From NCBI GenBank assembly GCA_951406725.2, contig OX597827.1:7254001-7318000 (forward strand): a DNA stretch of 64,000 nucleotides. The letters are read 5' to 3'. The stretch is from Octopus vulgaris. Its lineage: Eukaryota. The translations under genes and the position numbers were made by a program. The notes beneath the pieces were generated by a model. That model worked only from the letters and a program-made list of their open reading frames with translations. It searched no databases and had not been told where the DNA came from. Of the stretch, positions 13,140-28,204 are shown in pieces (positions within the stretch are counted from its first letter, which is position 1; the number at the start of each line of letters is the position of its first letter).

Positions 13140-13680
13140 GTTGTTGTTATCATTCGGTGAGAGAGCAGGCACATGCATCACAACCACATTTGCATGACAT
13201 AGTGATCTCATATCAAGATAAACAGCACATGACCTTGCAGTTAGAATTTTCTTCAGGTCAAGTAGCAAAAAGTTCCTGAATAAGGGTTGTTTAAGAATGA
13301 TGAATGAAACAGCCATATTTCCAGAGGTCAAATTTTTCAAATCCCAAAGGATTCCCTCAACACACGACTGTGGCTATGAAGCTCCCTGATACTCCTGCTC
13401 ATGATCAGAGATGCACATATCATATATCGTCAGCCACTAAGGGACATGCTCAACTAGTTAAAGTCAAGCAACTGATAAGCAAATCAGTGGTACTGAGCAG
13501 AATATTTGCTGTGGCTCATTTTTTACACCAAGGCAAAATATGTACATGATAACACTTGAAATCAGTTAAGATCAGAAGCCATGAGAGCCACTGCCTGATA
13601 TTGCATCAAAGCATGCTCTCCAACTACTCCTGTTCATGATCAGAGATGTACATACTGTCAACCATTAAAGGACATTACTA
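13140..13680. repeat. Unclassified repeat-like block with internal ~60-bp duplication
   Basis: tactcctg.tcatgatcagagatg.acata...gtca.cca.taa.ggacat at 13381-13447 and 13616-13676. Confidence 0.45.
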
Positions 13681-14893
13681 TTATATAAAAATACATATTT
13701 TATCTATTATCATTTCCTTCATTACCATATATTAACTGTTGTATGTTTTTTCATCATTTTACTATTATCAAAAATGTTTTATAAAACAATAAATAAAATA
13801 ATATTAGTATGAATATACTAAAAAGCAAATATATGAAAATAACATAACAGAAATTAAAATAAAATCATTTATTCAATATAGGATAAGAAATATGAAATAA
13901 AATATAATTTTAAAAATATTTTAAATTTATTATTTTATAATAGTTTGTTTATTTTAAGAATAATTTAATTATTTACATAAATAATTTATTCATTATTCAA
14001 TCAATAAAATAGTAATTAATTAATTATTTTATTTATCTCACACCAGTGAGATTAACTAAGTCAAATTATTGATATTTTTTTTCTTAATTAGATATATGAA
14101 CCAATCTCTAATTAACCCACTTGACTTCACAGAGAAAAAGAAATGGGAAGTATGGTGTGTTGTCTTTCTTAAGATCATCAAAAAATATAGCTTAAGTGAA
14201 ACAGCTTTGATTAGTAAGCAATACCAAGATGCACGTTTAGTATGTCAGAGAGTTGCTTTTTACTGCACATGGTACATATTACCCATTACAAAGATAACAT
14301 GCACCAGTTCTAATCTCTAAATTTCTTTAAACAGATGAAAGATAACCTTCTCACTAATGGTAGCGGGAATGGTTTAATGGTTAAGAAGTCCACTTCGTAA
14401 CTATATATCTTTGGTCTGACTTTGCATTCAACAAAGTTTCTGTGTAAAATTTGGCAGAGGGGAAACTGTTGAAGCTTGTAGAAGGGTGATCCTTGTTCTT
14501 AGATTCTAGGTTTAATCTTCTACCTACTTTAACACCATCACCTTGTGCTTGATGCATAATCTTATGCCGAATTTAACTCTAATACAGATTGAATATTTTT
14601 ATGTAAAATTTATAATCTTGTTCAGAATTATACTTTTTACAAAATTTGTAGCTTTTTACAGAATTTGTACTCTTCTATAGAAATGTACTCTGATATAGAA
14701 ATATATAGTTAGACAGAATTATATTCTTACACTCGATTTTTTACTCTTATACAGAATAACATTTTATACAGAAATATAACTGGCATGCTATTGATTACAA
14801 TGTTGTGGGTTCAAGTTGATCTGATGAACAGAACAGCCTGCTCATGAAATTAATGTGAAAGTGACTGAGCATTCCACAGACACTCATACCCAA

Positions 14894-15114
14894 CCCTTTC
14901 GTTACCAACCCAGTCAAAACCGGCTCTAGCTCTGTAGTACAAATGTCTTGTTTTCATAAGTTTTGCATCAAAATATACCACCAAACCTTAGTCACAATTT
15001 ATGTTCCTAACACTAGCTGAATGATAACTAAGTTATTTTACTAAATTTGTTGTTATATTTAAAATAATTGAGAGAAACACAGACCATCTCAAAATAAATA
15101 CAGTAATGAAAGGG
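14894..15114. mobile_element. piggyBac-type MITE inserted in a family-E SINE
   Basis: TIRs ccctttcgttac / gtaatgaaaggg, TTAA on right (left decayed to ccaa); flanks join into family-E sequence. Confidence 0.75.
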
Positions 15115-16304
15115 TTAACATAGCTGTCAGGGAGATCCATTATGATACAGAATATGACAAGGTGACCCTTTTGAAATACAGGTACAGCTCAAGTTTTGCC
15201 AGGTGAAATATAATTTTATACAGAATATATGTATTTATACAAAATTTATACTCCTACACAAGAAGTGTACTCCTATAAAGAATTATATATGCTATTACTC
15301 CTACTTCTACACAATTTGTTTTTACTTGCATATAGAATTATAATCTGATACGGAATTTACACATTCTTTGCCTTTCATTCTTCTACGGTTGATTAAATAA
15401 AATACCAGTCAATGGGAACAATTTAATGGACTAGCAACATGCAGGGAGCTAGTTTGGTACAGTCATGCCTAAATCCCCACCCAGTGGTAAGGTTCCAATA
15501 TCAGGTAAAGGGACACAGAGTACATTGCTGTTACATCAATATTTTCTGCCTGTAACACCAACAAGCACAATACACTTTATCAAGACAACACAACACTTAC
15601 AACAAAATCCCACTGCCAACACAACACACATATGCACACTCCCCCGCCACTTTCATTCATTTGCATATGCATACACCCTTTTAAAGTGGACTACATCAAA
15701 AGAAATAATGCAGAATAAAAAGATGAAGGATTATCCTCATACACAGAATTTATATCCATACATTTATTTATATGCTTTTTAAAATTCATATTCTTCTTGG
15801 TCTTCCAAAGAAATAAGGCTAATTAATGGTTAATTAACATTCAAGTTTCATCAAACATTACAATTTAAAGGATACTTGAACAGTCTTAAAGAAACTGTCT
15901 CAGATTATGCTAAGACATCACCATTTACATATAGCTCTCTACAAACAGTAAACTATCGGGATTTATAGAAGAATTTGATATCCTTTGCTGTCAGGTGAGT
16001 GAAGTTTAATATCCGAGGCTTTGTCCTTTGTCTTAGAACAAAAAAGAGAGAAGTGCAGATGTTAATACTTGGATTGTAAGGTTGTAAATTGACTTACTAA
16101 TAGCCAAATCATCAACACCGTATTTCTCCTTTCCCTACCAACAAATGAGACATTAGATCTAAAATATTAGATTCTCTACACCTGATGGCAAATGAACATA
16201 AGTTCTCCCTTACTGAATTTTGCTAATGAGTTAATTGCTGTTGTTGCAGACCATCACCAGTTTTCTCAGATTCCAGGGTTTACCAAGCCTTATAGTAATA
16301 GTGT

Positions 16305-16723
16305 CTTTTCTCTCTCTTTTTCTCTTTTAATTGTTTCAGTCATTTGACTGCGGCCATGCTGGAGCACCACCTTTAATCGAGCAACTCGACCCCAGGCCTT
16401 ATTCTTTTGTAAGCCCAGTACTTATTCTATCGGTCTCTTTTGCCGAACTGCTAAGTAACGGGGACATAAACACACCACCATCGGTTGTCAAGCAATGCTA
16501 GGGGGACAAACACAGACACACAAACACACACACGCATATATATATATATATATATATATACGATGGGCTTCTTTCAGTTTCCGTCTACCAAATCCACTCA
16601 CAAGGCTTTGGTCGGCCCGAGGCTATAGTAGAAGACACTTGCCCAAGGTGCCACGCAGTGGGACTGAACCCGGAACCATGTGGTTGGTAAACAAGCTACT
16701 TACCACACAGCCACTCCTGCGCC
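16305..16723 (-). mobile_element. SINE family B, young copy
   Basis: Full reverse copy. Confidence 0.9.
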
Positions 16724-17099
16724 TATTAAAAGTGTGTCTATTAAAATTTTGTTCCTTTTTTCTTTTTTATGTTCAATGTATAATTACCCCATCCCCACCC
16801 CTGCACAACTTTTGGATTGCAGTATACAAAAGTTAATATTGAAAATATGCAGAACTTGGATAATTCTACACATCTCACAGCAAATAACATTTGGGATTCT
16901 ATTACAAACTTTACTAAATAAAATGAATTTTGATATGGTGAATTATTTATTGTAATAAATTGTATTTAGCATTTAAATAAATAAATGATATTTAGATATA
17001 TAAATAGTGTTTGGAATTATAAAGACCAATAAATAATATTCAAATATATAAACAACAGAAATATTTGTAAAAATAGACAATATTTAGATATATAATCCT

Positions 17100-17310
17100 T
17101 TCCACTGTAGGCAAAAGGTCCAAAATTTTGGGTGAGAGGGATTGGCAATTACATCGACTCCAGTCCTCAATTGGTACTTATTTTATTAACCCCATGAGGA
17201 CGAAAAGCAATGTCAACCTCGGTGGAATTTGAACTCAGAATGTAAAGATGTATGAAATGCCACTAAGCACCTTGCCTAACATGCTAATTATTCTGTCAGC
17301 TCATTGCCTT
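17100..17310 (-). mobile_element. SINE family A variant (ggcacaagg-type tail)
   Basis: Family-A head and core; same tail type at 19825-20038, 30686-30884, 61930-62075. Confidence 0.75.
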
Positions 17311-17567
17311 ATTTAGATATATGATAATTAGTGTTTTAAATTATTTAGATTGATGATTTTTAGATATATAAATACTATCAATAAGTATTTGAATAAATAA
17401 CATTTAGAGATTTTCAATTACATAGAGGACAATAATACTTAGGTACATAACAGTATTTAGATAAAAAAAAAAGGTCATTTCAAGTAGACAAGTTGTATAT
17501 AGGTACATGAATAGTACTTATATAATAAAATAGTATTTAGAGCAAGTACTAAGGTTAAGTGTATTGT

Positions 17568-17775
17568 GATAGATAAATAATATTTAGCTAAATGGATACT
17601 ATTTAGAGGTAATTTGATAAATAAATAGTTTCTTTCAAAAATAGATGATAATTAGATTAAAAATATTTTGATAGATAAATAATATTTAGCTAAATGGATA
17701 CTATTTAGAGGTAATTTGATAAATAAATAGTTTCTTTCAAAAATAGATGATAATTAGATTAAAAATATTTTGATA
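17568..17775. repeat. 102-bp tandem duplication
   Basis: Identical copies starting at 17568 and 17670. Confidence 0.9.
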
Positions 17776-17857
17776 CATCAACAATATTTACAAAGATGAA
17801 ATGTACTTATATAAACAGTATTTAGATACTTATTCAATATATAAAAGTTTAGATAAA

Positions 17858-18774
17858 TATTTAGATAAATAATATTTAGAAATATTTAGATAAATAATGT
17901 TTAGAAGTATTTAGATAAATAATATTTCGAATTATTTAGATAAATAATATTTAGAAGTATTTAGATAAATAATATTTAGAAGTATTTAGATAAATAATAT
18001 TTAGAAGTATTTAGATAAATAATATTTAGAAGTATTTAGATAAATAATGTTTAGAAGTATTTAGATAAATAATATTTGAAGAATTTAGATAAATAACATT
18101 TTGAAGTATTTAGATAAATAATATTTGAAGTATTTAGGTAAATAATATTTAGAAGTTTTTAGATAAATAACATTTTGAAGTATTTAGATAAATAATATTT
18201 GAAGTATTTAGATAAATAATATTTAGAAGTATTTAGATAAATAATGTTTAGAAGTATTTAGATAAATAATATTTAGAAGTATTTAGATAAATAACATTTA
18301 GAAGTATTTAGATAAATAATATTTAGAAGTATTTAGATAAATAATATTTAGAAGTATTTAGATAAATAATGTTTAGAAGTATTTAGATAAATAATATTCA
18401 GAAGTATTTAGATAAATAACATTTAGAAGCATTTAGATAAATAATATTTGAAGTATTTAGTAAATAATATTTAGAAGTTTTTAGATAAATAACATTTTGA
18501 AGTATTTAGATAAATAATATTTAGAATTATTTAGATAAATAATATTTAGAAGTATTTAGATAAATAATATTTAGAAGTATTTAGATAAATAATATTTAGA
18601 AGTATTTAGATAAATAATATTTAGAAGTATTTAGATAAATAATATTTAGAAGTATTTAGATAAATAATATTTAGAAGTATTTAGATAAATAATATTTAGA
18701 AATATTTAGATAAATAATGTTTAGAAATATTTAGAAGTATTTAGATAAATAATATTTAGAAGTATTTAGATAAA
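17858..18774. repeat. 25-bp minisatellite ATTTAGAAGTATTTAGATAAATAAT, about 36 copies
   Basis: Homogeneous head-to-tail array without spacers. Confidence 0.95.
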
Positions 18775-19264
18775 TTTTATTTATATAGATAAATATTATT
18801 CAGATAGATAAACACAATTCAAACTGGTGAATAGAACTCAGAAGAATTTTGGATGACACTAATTATGACAAATGGAACCAGAGGTAAAAAAAGTTGCAGT
18901 TGGCTTAGCTAATCGAATTTTGAACTATTAGAGAAAGGGTTTATGGTTCAAATCATATTACTGTCACTAAATTGCTGCCATATTTAAGACACTTAGTTTT
19001 AACATATTTAGGACAGCTAGCTGTATGTAAAAAATGGAACATATAAACAAAAAGGAACACTGTCTACATTGCTTGGTTGCAGCACTGAGATAAAAAAAAG
19101 TCTCCCATAAATATGGTTTGAAGAAAAATTAATGCTATCAGGTTTATTTACTTAGTTTTTTTTTCATTGCAACTGGTGTAAATAGACCAGGTTTCCATTC
19201 AGGTGATAGTTTGGTGTCATGAATAGTTTATTCTCATTGCAATTTCTTTTATGCTGAGATATTT

Positions 19265-19657
19265 TCTTTCTTCTATCTTTTACTTGCTCCATTCATTGGA
19301 CTACAACCATGCTGAGGCACTACCTTGAAGGGTTTAGACAATCAAGTTGACCCCAGTGTTATTTTTTTTTCTTAAAAGTCTGATGCTTATTCTATTGGTC
19401 TCTTTTGGCAAACTGCTAAGTTATGGGGATGTAACCAAACCAACACCAGTTGTTGAAAAGCAGGAGGACAAACTTAAACACGAAGACACATACACACAAA
19501 CATACATTTTTCCTCCCCTCTAAATTCACTCATAAGGCATTGGTGGATTTGGGACTATTGTAGATGATCCCTGACCAAGGTGCTGTGCTGTGGGACTGAA
19601 CCCGAAACCAAGTAATTGCAAAGTAAGCTTCTTCATCACACAGTCATGCTTGCACCT
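19265..19657 (-). mobile_element. SINE family B, diverged
   Basis: Recognisable head and tail. Confidence 0.7.
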
Positions 19658-19824
19658 GATAGTGTGATACAAATTTTGTATGTCTTCCTTTCCAAGGAAG
19701 TTTATTATGATATTGGAAAACTTATGCTCAGCTTGTATTATTGTATTACATCTGGTGAACAATAGTGCCATTGGTTACAGGTTTCCAATGAGTCAATCAC
19801 TAATACATAACATTTTTTATATTC

Positions 19825-20038
19825 TCTTCTACACTAAGCACAAGGCCTGAAAATTTTGGGGGAGGGGACCAGTCTATTAGATCAACCCCAGTACACAACT
19901 GTTACTTAATTTATTGACCTTGAAAGAATGAAAGGCAAAGTCGACCTTGGTGGAATTTGAACTCAGAACATAAAGACAAACAAAACACTGCTAAGCATTT
20001 CATCCAGCATGCTAATGTTTCTGCCAGCTCGCCACCTT
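19825..20038 (-). mobile_element. SINE family A variant
   Basis: Full reverse copy. Confidence 0.85.
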
Positions 20039-20719
20039 AGCATTTTATATATATATATAAAATCAACAAATGGGAGACTGTGCAACTTGGGCAGAACAGA
20101 TATATTTCCCATCAGAAACACTCTTTTTTCTCTCTTTCTTATCTATACTTATGTATATTGATATTGTGTTCAAACTATTAAACTTTCAAGTACAGGGGTT
20201 ACTAAAACAAAATACCTTACAAGCACTCTATCAATAAAATACATCTTAAATGAGTGATGTGATTGATAAAATAACGTATGAAATGAGTACTAGGGTTTGA
20301 TAAAATACAGTACCAGTCAGACACAAGGGTTGGTAAAATGAAGTACTGTCAAGAACTCATTATCATTATTGTTTAACATCCACCTTCCAAGGCGCTGGCC
20401 AGGCTGAAGCCTGCACCAGACTTCAGTGACTGTTTGGCAAGATTTTTACAGCTGGATGCCCTTCCTAACACCAACCACTCAGCAGAGTGGACTTAGCACA
20501 AGCGAGGTGAGGAGTGCTTCTTACATGGCACAAGGTGAGGCGAGGTTAGTTTTGGCAAGGCTTTTACAGCTGGATGCCTTCTGGGTGCTTTTAAGTGGCA
20601 CCTGCACTGACCGGGTCACTCAGTACTTGCAAGACATAAAAAAAAACTTTTAAGAGGGGAGGAAGTACTGGAGGAGGTGATGATAGTGTTAATATATTGA
20701 AGTCAAATATAGAAGGTTG

Positions 20720-21135
20720 TGAGCGACCATGCTGGGGCAAAATGCTTGGCAACATTTCATCTGTCTTTATATTCTGATTTCAATTCCTGCTGAGGTCAAC
20801 TTTGTCTTTCATCCATTTGTTACTAGGGCCCATGTAATTGACTTACTCCTCCCCTGAAATTACTGGTTTTGTGCCAAAATTTGAAATTCAAAAATTAAAG
20901 TCAACTACTAAGTGGTAAGTGGCTGGAATTGCTAGCATGGCAGACAAAGATTCTTAGTGGCATTTCAGCCATCTTTACATTCCAAGTTCAAATTCCATCA
21001 AGGTCCAACTCTGCCTTTCATCCTTTTGAGGGTCAATAAAATAAGTACCAGTTGAACACTGGTGTCAATGTAATCGACTTATCCCCCCCCCGCCACCCTG
21101 AAAATAATTGCCATATGCCAAAATTTGAAACCAAT
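20720..21135 (+). mobile_element. Two diverged family-A SINEs
   Basis: Core motifs near 20790 and 21010. Confidence 0.65.
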
Positions 21136-22339
21136 AAATTAAAGTTAAATACTACGGTTGATAAAACAAAGTACCAGCTAAATACTGGGGGTTTATAAAA
21201 TAACGTTGCAATCAGTTCCTGGAGTTGAGAAAATAGGGTACAAGTCAAATACTAGAATTAATAAGATAAATCCCCAATCAAATACTAAGGCTGATAAAAA
21301 CAACCACGCCCCACCCCAATACTTGAGGCCTTGTGCCAATGTTAAATATTATTATCATACTTAGTGTTACTATTATTATTATCCATTCCATAATTTCTTA
21401 GCTGAGTTCTTCGCTTCTGTAATTTTGTACTAATTATTGATAATTTCACCATTAAGTCAGCAGTATTCTAATATTCCCAAATATCAGAACTCTTTTTCTA
21501 GCCGTTCCATAAATTGTAGTCTTTGCAGAGTATATGTAATTATTTTTCAGGGAAAATTATCTGCTAATTAAGCATTATGTGTATACATATACATTGACAT
21601 ACAAATAGACATGCACATAGAAAGTTGTATAGGCCTAGCGTAGATATACATGTGTGTGTGTGTATATGTGTGTTTGTGTGTGTGTGTGTGTGCGTGCGTG
21701 TGTGTGTGTGTGCACGTGCAAGCACACATACACACACATCCACACTCTTTTCTCTGACTGACTATGTGCATACATGCTTGTGGGTATATGTGTGCATGTG
21801 TGTATATTTGTGAGCATGTGTGTATATTTGTGTGCGCGTGCATGTGTGTGTGTGTGTGTGTGCACATATGGAAGTGTGCATGTGTATAAGTGTTTGCTTG
21901 TGTGTGTTTTTGTGTGTGTGTGTGTGAGTGTGCATGTGTGTACGTGTATATGTGCATGTGTGTGCTTATATGTGTATGTGTGTATGCACGTGTGTTTATG
22001 TGAGTGTGTATGTGCTTGTGTATGTACATGTGTGTGATGTGAGAGTATATGTGCTTATGTGCTTGTGAGTGCATGTATGCACATGTGTGTGTGTGTACAT
22101 GTGTGTGTGTGCACTTGCATGCTTGTATATGTGCGCAAATGCACAACATATACTCACAATAATATGCAGAGGTAACAGACAACTTTCCACTCTGAGATCA
22201 TTATAGATAAATATATACAGAACACAGAAAAGGGAGACTGGAATCGTTTGCTAGGAATCTTAAGATGGTAAGGCTATTAAGTATAGTCATATGAGAAACA
22301 GTCATATGATTCATTAGGGATTTAGATCTTGATTTGCTA

Positions 22340-22439
22340 ACCTCCTCCTCCTCCTCCTCCTCATCATCATCATCGTCGTCACCATCATCATCATCATCAT
22401 CATCATCGTCATCGTCATCGTCATCACCATCACCACCAC

Positions 22440-22473
<34 letters not shown>

Positions 22474-22538
22474 GTCATCACCATCATCGTCATCATCATC
22501 ATCAACGTCATCATCATCACCATCATCATCGTCATCAC

Positions 22539-22581
<43 letters not shown>

Positions 22582-22685
22582 GTCATCACCATCATCATCA
22601 TTATTATTATCATCATCATTATCATCATCGTCACCATCATCATCATCATCATCATCGTCATCGTCATCATCACCATCATCATCAC

Positions 22686-22752
<67 letters not shown>

Positions 22753-22800
22753 GTCATCGTCGTCGTCGTCATCATCATCATCATCATCATCATCATCAAC
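22340..22800. repeat. (CAT)n microsatellite, expanded tail next to a decayed family-D copy
   Basis: Direct; gttaatgtccatgttacatg follows. Confidence 0.95.
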
Positions 22801-23119
22801 AGTTAATGTCCATGTTACATGTTGGCATGTGTCTGAGACAGTTTACTAAGATCTAATGGGTCTAGGGATGCATTGTGTTCATAGATTTTTTTCATGGCTG
22901 GATGTCCTTCCCAGTGCCAACCATTTTTGGCAGTATGTACTGGGTGCTGCTCTTTTTTAATAGCACCAACACTAGTGAGGTTGCTGTGCAGCTTGCAAAA
23001 CTGCGAGCCCTATGAAGAGATGAGGAACTTTATACTTTACGTTTGAAGATCAGTAAATGAGAAGAAGAACTTGACAATTTCAAAACATTGTTTTGGCATT
23101 GATTGAAATAAATTTAATT

Positions 23120-23580
23120 TTAAAGTTCGCTTTCCATGCTAGCATGGGTTGGACGATTTGACTGAGGACTGGTGAACCAGATGGCTGCACTAGGCTCCAA
23201 TCTTGATCTGGTAGAGTCTCTACAGCTTGATGCCCTTCCTAACGCCAACCACTTTGAGAGTGTAGTGGGTGCTTTTATGTGCCACTGGCACAAGGGCCAG
23301 TCAGGCAGTACTGGCAACAGCCATGCTCAAATGATGTTTTTATGTGCCACCTGCACAGGAGCCAGTCCAGCGATACTGGCAACGACCTTGCTCAAATGTT
23401 TTTTCACGTGCCTCCAGCACAAGTGCCAGTAAGGTGACGCAGGTAACAATCACACTCAAATGGTGCATTTTATGTGCCACTGGCACAGAAGCCAGTTTGT
23501 TGCTCTGGCAACAATCACGCTCAGATTGTACTCTTAGTGCTCCACTGGCACAGATGCCAGTCATAACATGGATGCCAGTG
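23120..23580 (-). mobile_element. Family D element with internal ~65-bp tandem units
   Basis: Family-D 3' end followed by repeated tgtgccactggcac...gctcaaatg units. Confidence 0.85.
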
Positions 23581-24708
23581 CATATGCATATATATATATA
23601 TGTGTGTGTGATGTGTGTGTATACATATATTAATATAAATATACAACAAGCTTCTTTCAGTTTCCATCATCTAAATTCACTCATGAGGCTTTGGTTGGCC
23701 TGAGGCAATAGCAGAAAATATTTGTGCAGGATGTCACACAGTGGGACTGAACCTAAAATCACATGGTTGGGAAGCAAACTTCTAAGCCACATGGCCATAC
23801 ATTGACCTATGTAGTGCAGACATAAATATTGGTTTCAAATTTTGGCATAAGCCTAGCACAGCAGGGGAGAGGATAAGTCAATTACATTGACCCCCATCGT
23901 CAACTGGTATTTATTTTATTGACCCCAAAAGGATGAAATGCTACTAAGTATTTCTGCTGGCATGCTAATGATACTACCAGATAACTGACTTAAAGGAAGA
24001 GATATATTCTATTAGATTTTGGTTACTTTCTTTTTGCATGAAGGTGGACTTGAACCCAGTATTACAAGCTGATAAAACACTTGTTAATTGCAGAGTGGTC
24101 CCACTGCTTACTAAAATACACAGTATCAACAAGAATTAGCCTGAGTAAAATAAACAATTTGTGCACATGTACTGTACATTTCCAGTGTTTAGACATAAAC
24201 TAATGATTCTTTGGTTGATAAACTGATACCAACATCCATATTCAACTCCTCAATGTGGTTAAAATAATCAATATTTGTCCAGTGCCAATAATTAAATATA
24301 AACATAGGGTTCATTAGGCAAAAAGCCAAGATCTCATTCATTCAATAAATCCTTGTATTCCACAAATGTTGATTACCATTCCTGTATATAGAATATTTCA
24401 AGTAAATTGACTAAGCATGAAACGTGTTTCTTGAATATAAGTCTAATTTTAATTAAATCTTATTTACGGCATAGCAATCTGGTCAATCTGAGATCAAATC
24501 CCACCCTCTTTTCTATAGGGACAGGCATGGCTGTGTGGTAAGAAGTTTGCTTGGGTAAGTGTCTTCTACTATGTTCCCCAGGCTAACTAGAGTCTTGTGA
24601 GAGGATTTGGTAGATGGAAACTAAAAGAAGCCTGTTGTACATGTGTGTGTGTTTGTGTGTGTGTGTGAATGTGTGTGTGTGTATGTGTGTGTGTGCATGT
24701 GTGTGTGA

Positions 24709-24766
<58 letters not shown>

Positions 24767-25469
24767 AACTCTCTGGTTTATTGGCCTCAGTCAAACTTTG
24801 TTACTCATGCCAACATGGAAAATGGATGTTGAGTGATGACAATGATGACGACGACGACAATGATGATGATGACGAATCTTAGTTGTTTTTTTAACCCCAG
24901 GTCAGTCTTGAAAGAGTAAATGAAAATTCATAGCTCCAATGATTGCGCCACTTAAAGCTAAAGGATTGAGTCACTCACTGAAGCACATTTGAAGGCTTCC
25001 ATTTAGTATAATCAAAGTCATTATGGCTGAGACTCATCCATCTTTTTACTTTTTTCCAACTCACTGCATCTAAAACTACAATATCCCACGTGTTGTTCTT
25101 TTTCTAATGCAGTGAGACAGGATTTAAAGGAGATTTCATTGTTGTTTTGTGATTGGTAACAAATCGAGAGACCCTGCAGAAGACCTCCTCCTTGACGGCA
25201 GCTTTGTGTGTCATTCAAATGATTCACTTCAGTTCTATGACTGGAGTCTGGAGGCAGAGCCTTCTAGCTTGCTAGCCCTGGTCAAACTGTCAAACAACCC
25301 ATGCCAGCATGGACAACGAATGTTAAATGATGATATGTTTATATATGTGTGTGTGTGTGTGCGTGCATGCGTGCATGTGTGTGTGTGTGTGTATATATGT
25401 ATGTATGTATATATATATATATATTTATATAAGTATATATATGTATATATATGTATGTATATGTATGTA

Positions 25470-25565
<96 letters not shown>

Positions 25566-25624
25566 ATATGTATATACATATATGTGTATTCATGTGTGTA
25601 TTATATATATATATTATATATATA

Positions 25625-25858
25625 TCATCATCATCAACATCATCGTTGTCGTTTAACATCCACTTTCCATGTTAGCATGGGTTGGACGATTTGACTGACG
25701 ACTGGTGAACCAGATGGCTGCACCAGGCTCCAATCTTGATCTGGTAGAGTTTCTACAGCTGGATGCCCTTCCTAATGCCAACCACTCCGAGAGTGTAGCA
25801 GGTGCTTTTATGTGCCATCGGCACGGGGGCCAGTCAGGCAGTACTGGCAACGGTCACG
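25625..25858 (-). mobile_element. Family D element
   Basis: Near-identical to 23120-23330. Confidence 0.85.
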
Positions 25859-26507
25859 GAAAATCATGTTTTTGTTTATCTATCTATTTATCTATCTATC
25901 TATATATATATATATATATACACATTCATATATATACATGTACAGAACCATATGCATATGCATGTCTATGCATGCACATACATATGTATGTGTGTACACT
26001 ATTTGAATGAAGTTGCATGTATGCATATCATTGCTTGTGTGTCTGTGTGTCTGTGCATGTTATTTTGAACAGTATTGCTGCCATCATGCCCAAGTTTGCA
26101 AGACTGCATACACTGTGAAACCTGTCTGTGTATGTTTAATGAGAGAGATTTTTTAGTAGTTTCATGTGAATAAGTAGTTTTATGTACGCATACGTGCATG
26201 TATATGTTGTTTAATGTGTGTATGTAGTTTCATGTGTATGTGTGTGTAGTTTTATGCCTACAGGATAATATTCTGTAAGCATGTTGTTTTGTGTATGTTA
26301 GTTTCATGTAAGTACGTTTAGTTTCATATTTGTGTGTCTGTGTGTACAGTTGGGTACATGTTAGCAATTTCGTGTATTTGCATAATTTCATATTTTATGC
26401 GTATAGTTTCATGTTTGTTTTTAATTCCATATGTGTATGTGTGAGTAGTTTCCTCTGTGTGAATGTGCATGTATGTGTATGTATGTATGTATGTATGTAT
26501 GTATGTA

Positions 26508-26540
<33 letters not shown>

Positions 26541-27101
26541 ATGTATGTATGTATGTATGTATGTATGTATGTATGTATGCATGTATGCATGTACGTATGT
26601 ATGTATGTGTGTATGTATGTATGTGTGTATGTATGTATGTATATATGCATGCATGTATGTTTGTATGTATGTATGTTTGTATGTATGCATGTATGTATGC
26701 ATGCATGTATGTATGTATGTATGTATGTAAGTATGTATGTGTATGTGTGTATATCTATGTATTTTCATATGTGGCTAATTTTAAGAGTGTGTGTGTGTAT
26801 ATGTGGTTTCATGTGAGTAGTTTAACGTTTATGCAAGTGGGTTTGTGTAAACGTCTGCATGAGTGTAGTTTCATGTGTATCTGTATGTGTACATATGTGT
26901 GTGTGAGTGTATTTTCGTGTGTGACCACAATTTTATGTGTGTGTGTGTGTGTGTGTGCACATGTAGTTCTGTGTGAGTAACTTAATATGTGTGTAAGTGT
27001 GTTGCTGAATATCACTATAGTTTGTTGTGTGTTTGTGTAATTTAAAGTGTGAATGTATGTGTTATCTGTATATGTGTGAGTGTATATGTGAGTGCATGTG
27101 T

Positions 27102-27139
<38 letters not shown>

Positions 27140-27894
27140 TCTTAACCAATTGCTCAGATGATATCACAATTTTTTTGTTTCTATTTTTTTTGTAAGATTT
27201 TAGATTTATATAATTTATTTGGGTGTTTATTTTGCATAACTGTAATTGAAATAAAAAAAAAAATTAAAATAAAGAAAATATTCTATAATTTTTATACATT
27301 TCATGATTTTTGTTTTTAATTTTATATTTCATCCAGGACAAACTAAGGCCAATGATTACAGAAAATGAGCAAAACTACCGAAATAATTGCCTTCAAGAAG
27401 TTAAAAATAATTTTTGTTGTCAAAAAAATCTTGCTAATAATGGTTGCAGTGATTACTTGTTGAAATGATGTCGGCGTAAGTCTGCGCAGAAATGATATCT
27501 TTTCTTAGTAGCTTCATTTCATGCAAAAATGTGTGTAAATAAAACGAAAGATTATTAGTTTAACTCTTTTGCAATCAATGATATTGATACTTTGGAATGA
27601 GAAATTATTCACTCGACTACATGCATTAATGTACTTTTATTTTTGTTTTTGTTTGTCTTTTTTTTTTTTTTTAATATTTTGTAATTTTCCCATTTTCTTG
27701 CCCCTTTTCTCCTCCAGAATATGAATTTTTTAATCTCATTTATTGTAATGTTATCATCATCAACACTTTCATCATCAACATTGACATCATCATCATCGTC
27801 TTCGTTGTTGTTGTTGTCGCCGTCATCATCATCGTAATCATCTTCGTCGTCATCATTGTCCTCATCTTCATCATCATCGTCATTGCTGTCATTG

Positions 27895-27927
<33 letters not shown>

Positions 27928-28204
27928 CGATTCAGTGTGTCTGTATTCCACGCAGGGATGAGTTCGACAGTTTGACAGGACATGACAGGTCAGATGGTTC
28001 TATCAATCCACAATGTCTGTTTTGGTATGGTTTCTATATCTGGAATCCCTCTCTTCCTAAAACCAAGCACTCTACTGAATATACCGGGGATGGGGGAAAG
28101 GGTCTTTCCTTTTTGTGTCGTCAGCACAAATGAGTTCACATCGCAGCTGGCAAGGCAAAATCCCTTTTTATATTCATAAAGTGAAGTTATATCTAAAATA
28201 GATG

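Noticed and set aside
17858-18774. CRISPR-like regular array
   Set aside because: Units are contiguous with no unique spacers and no cas genes; eukaryotic minisatellite
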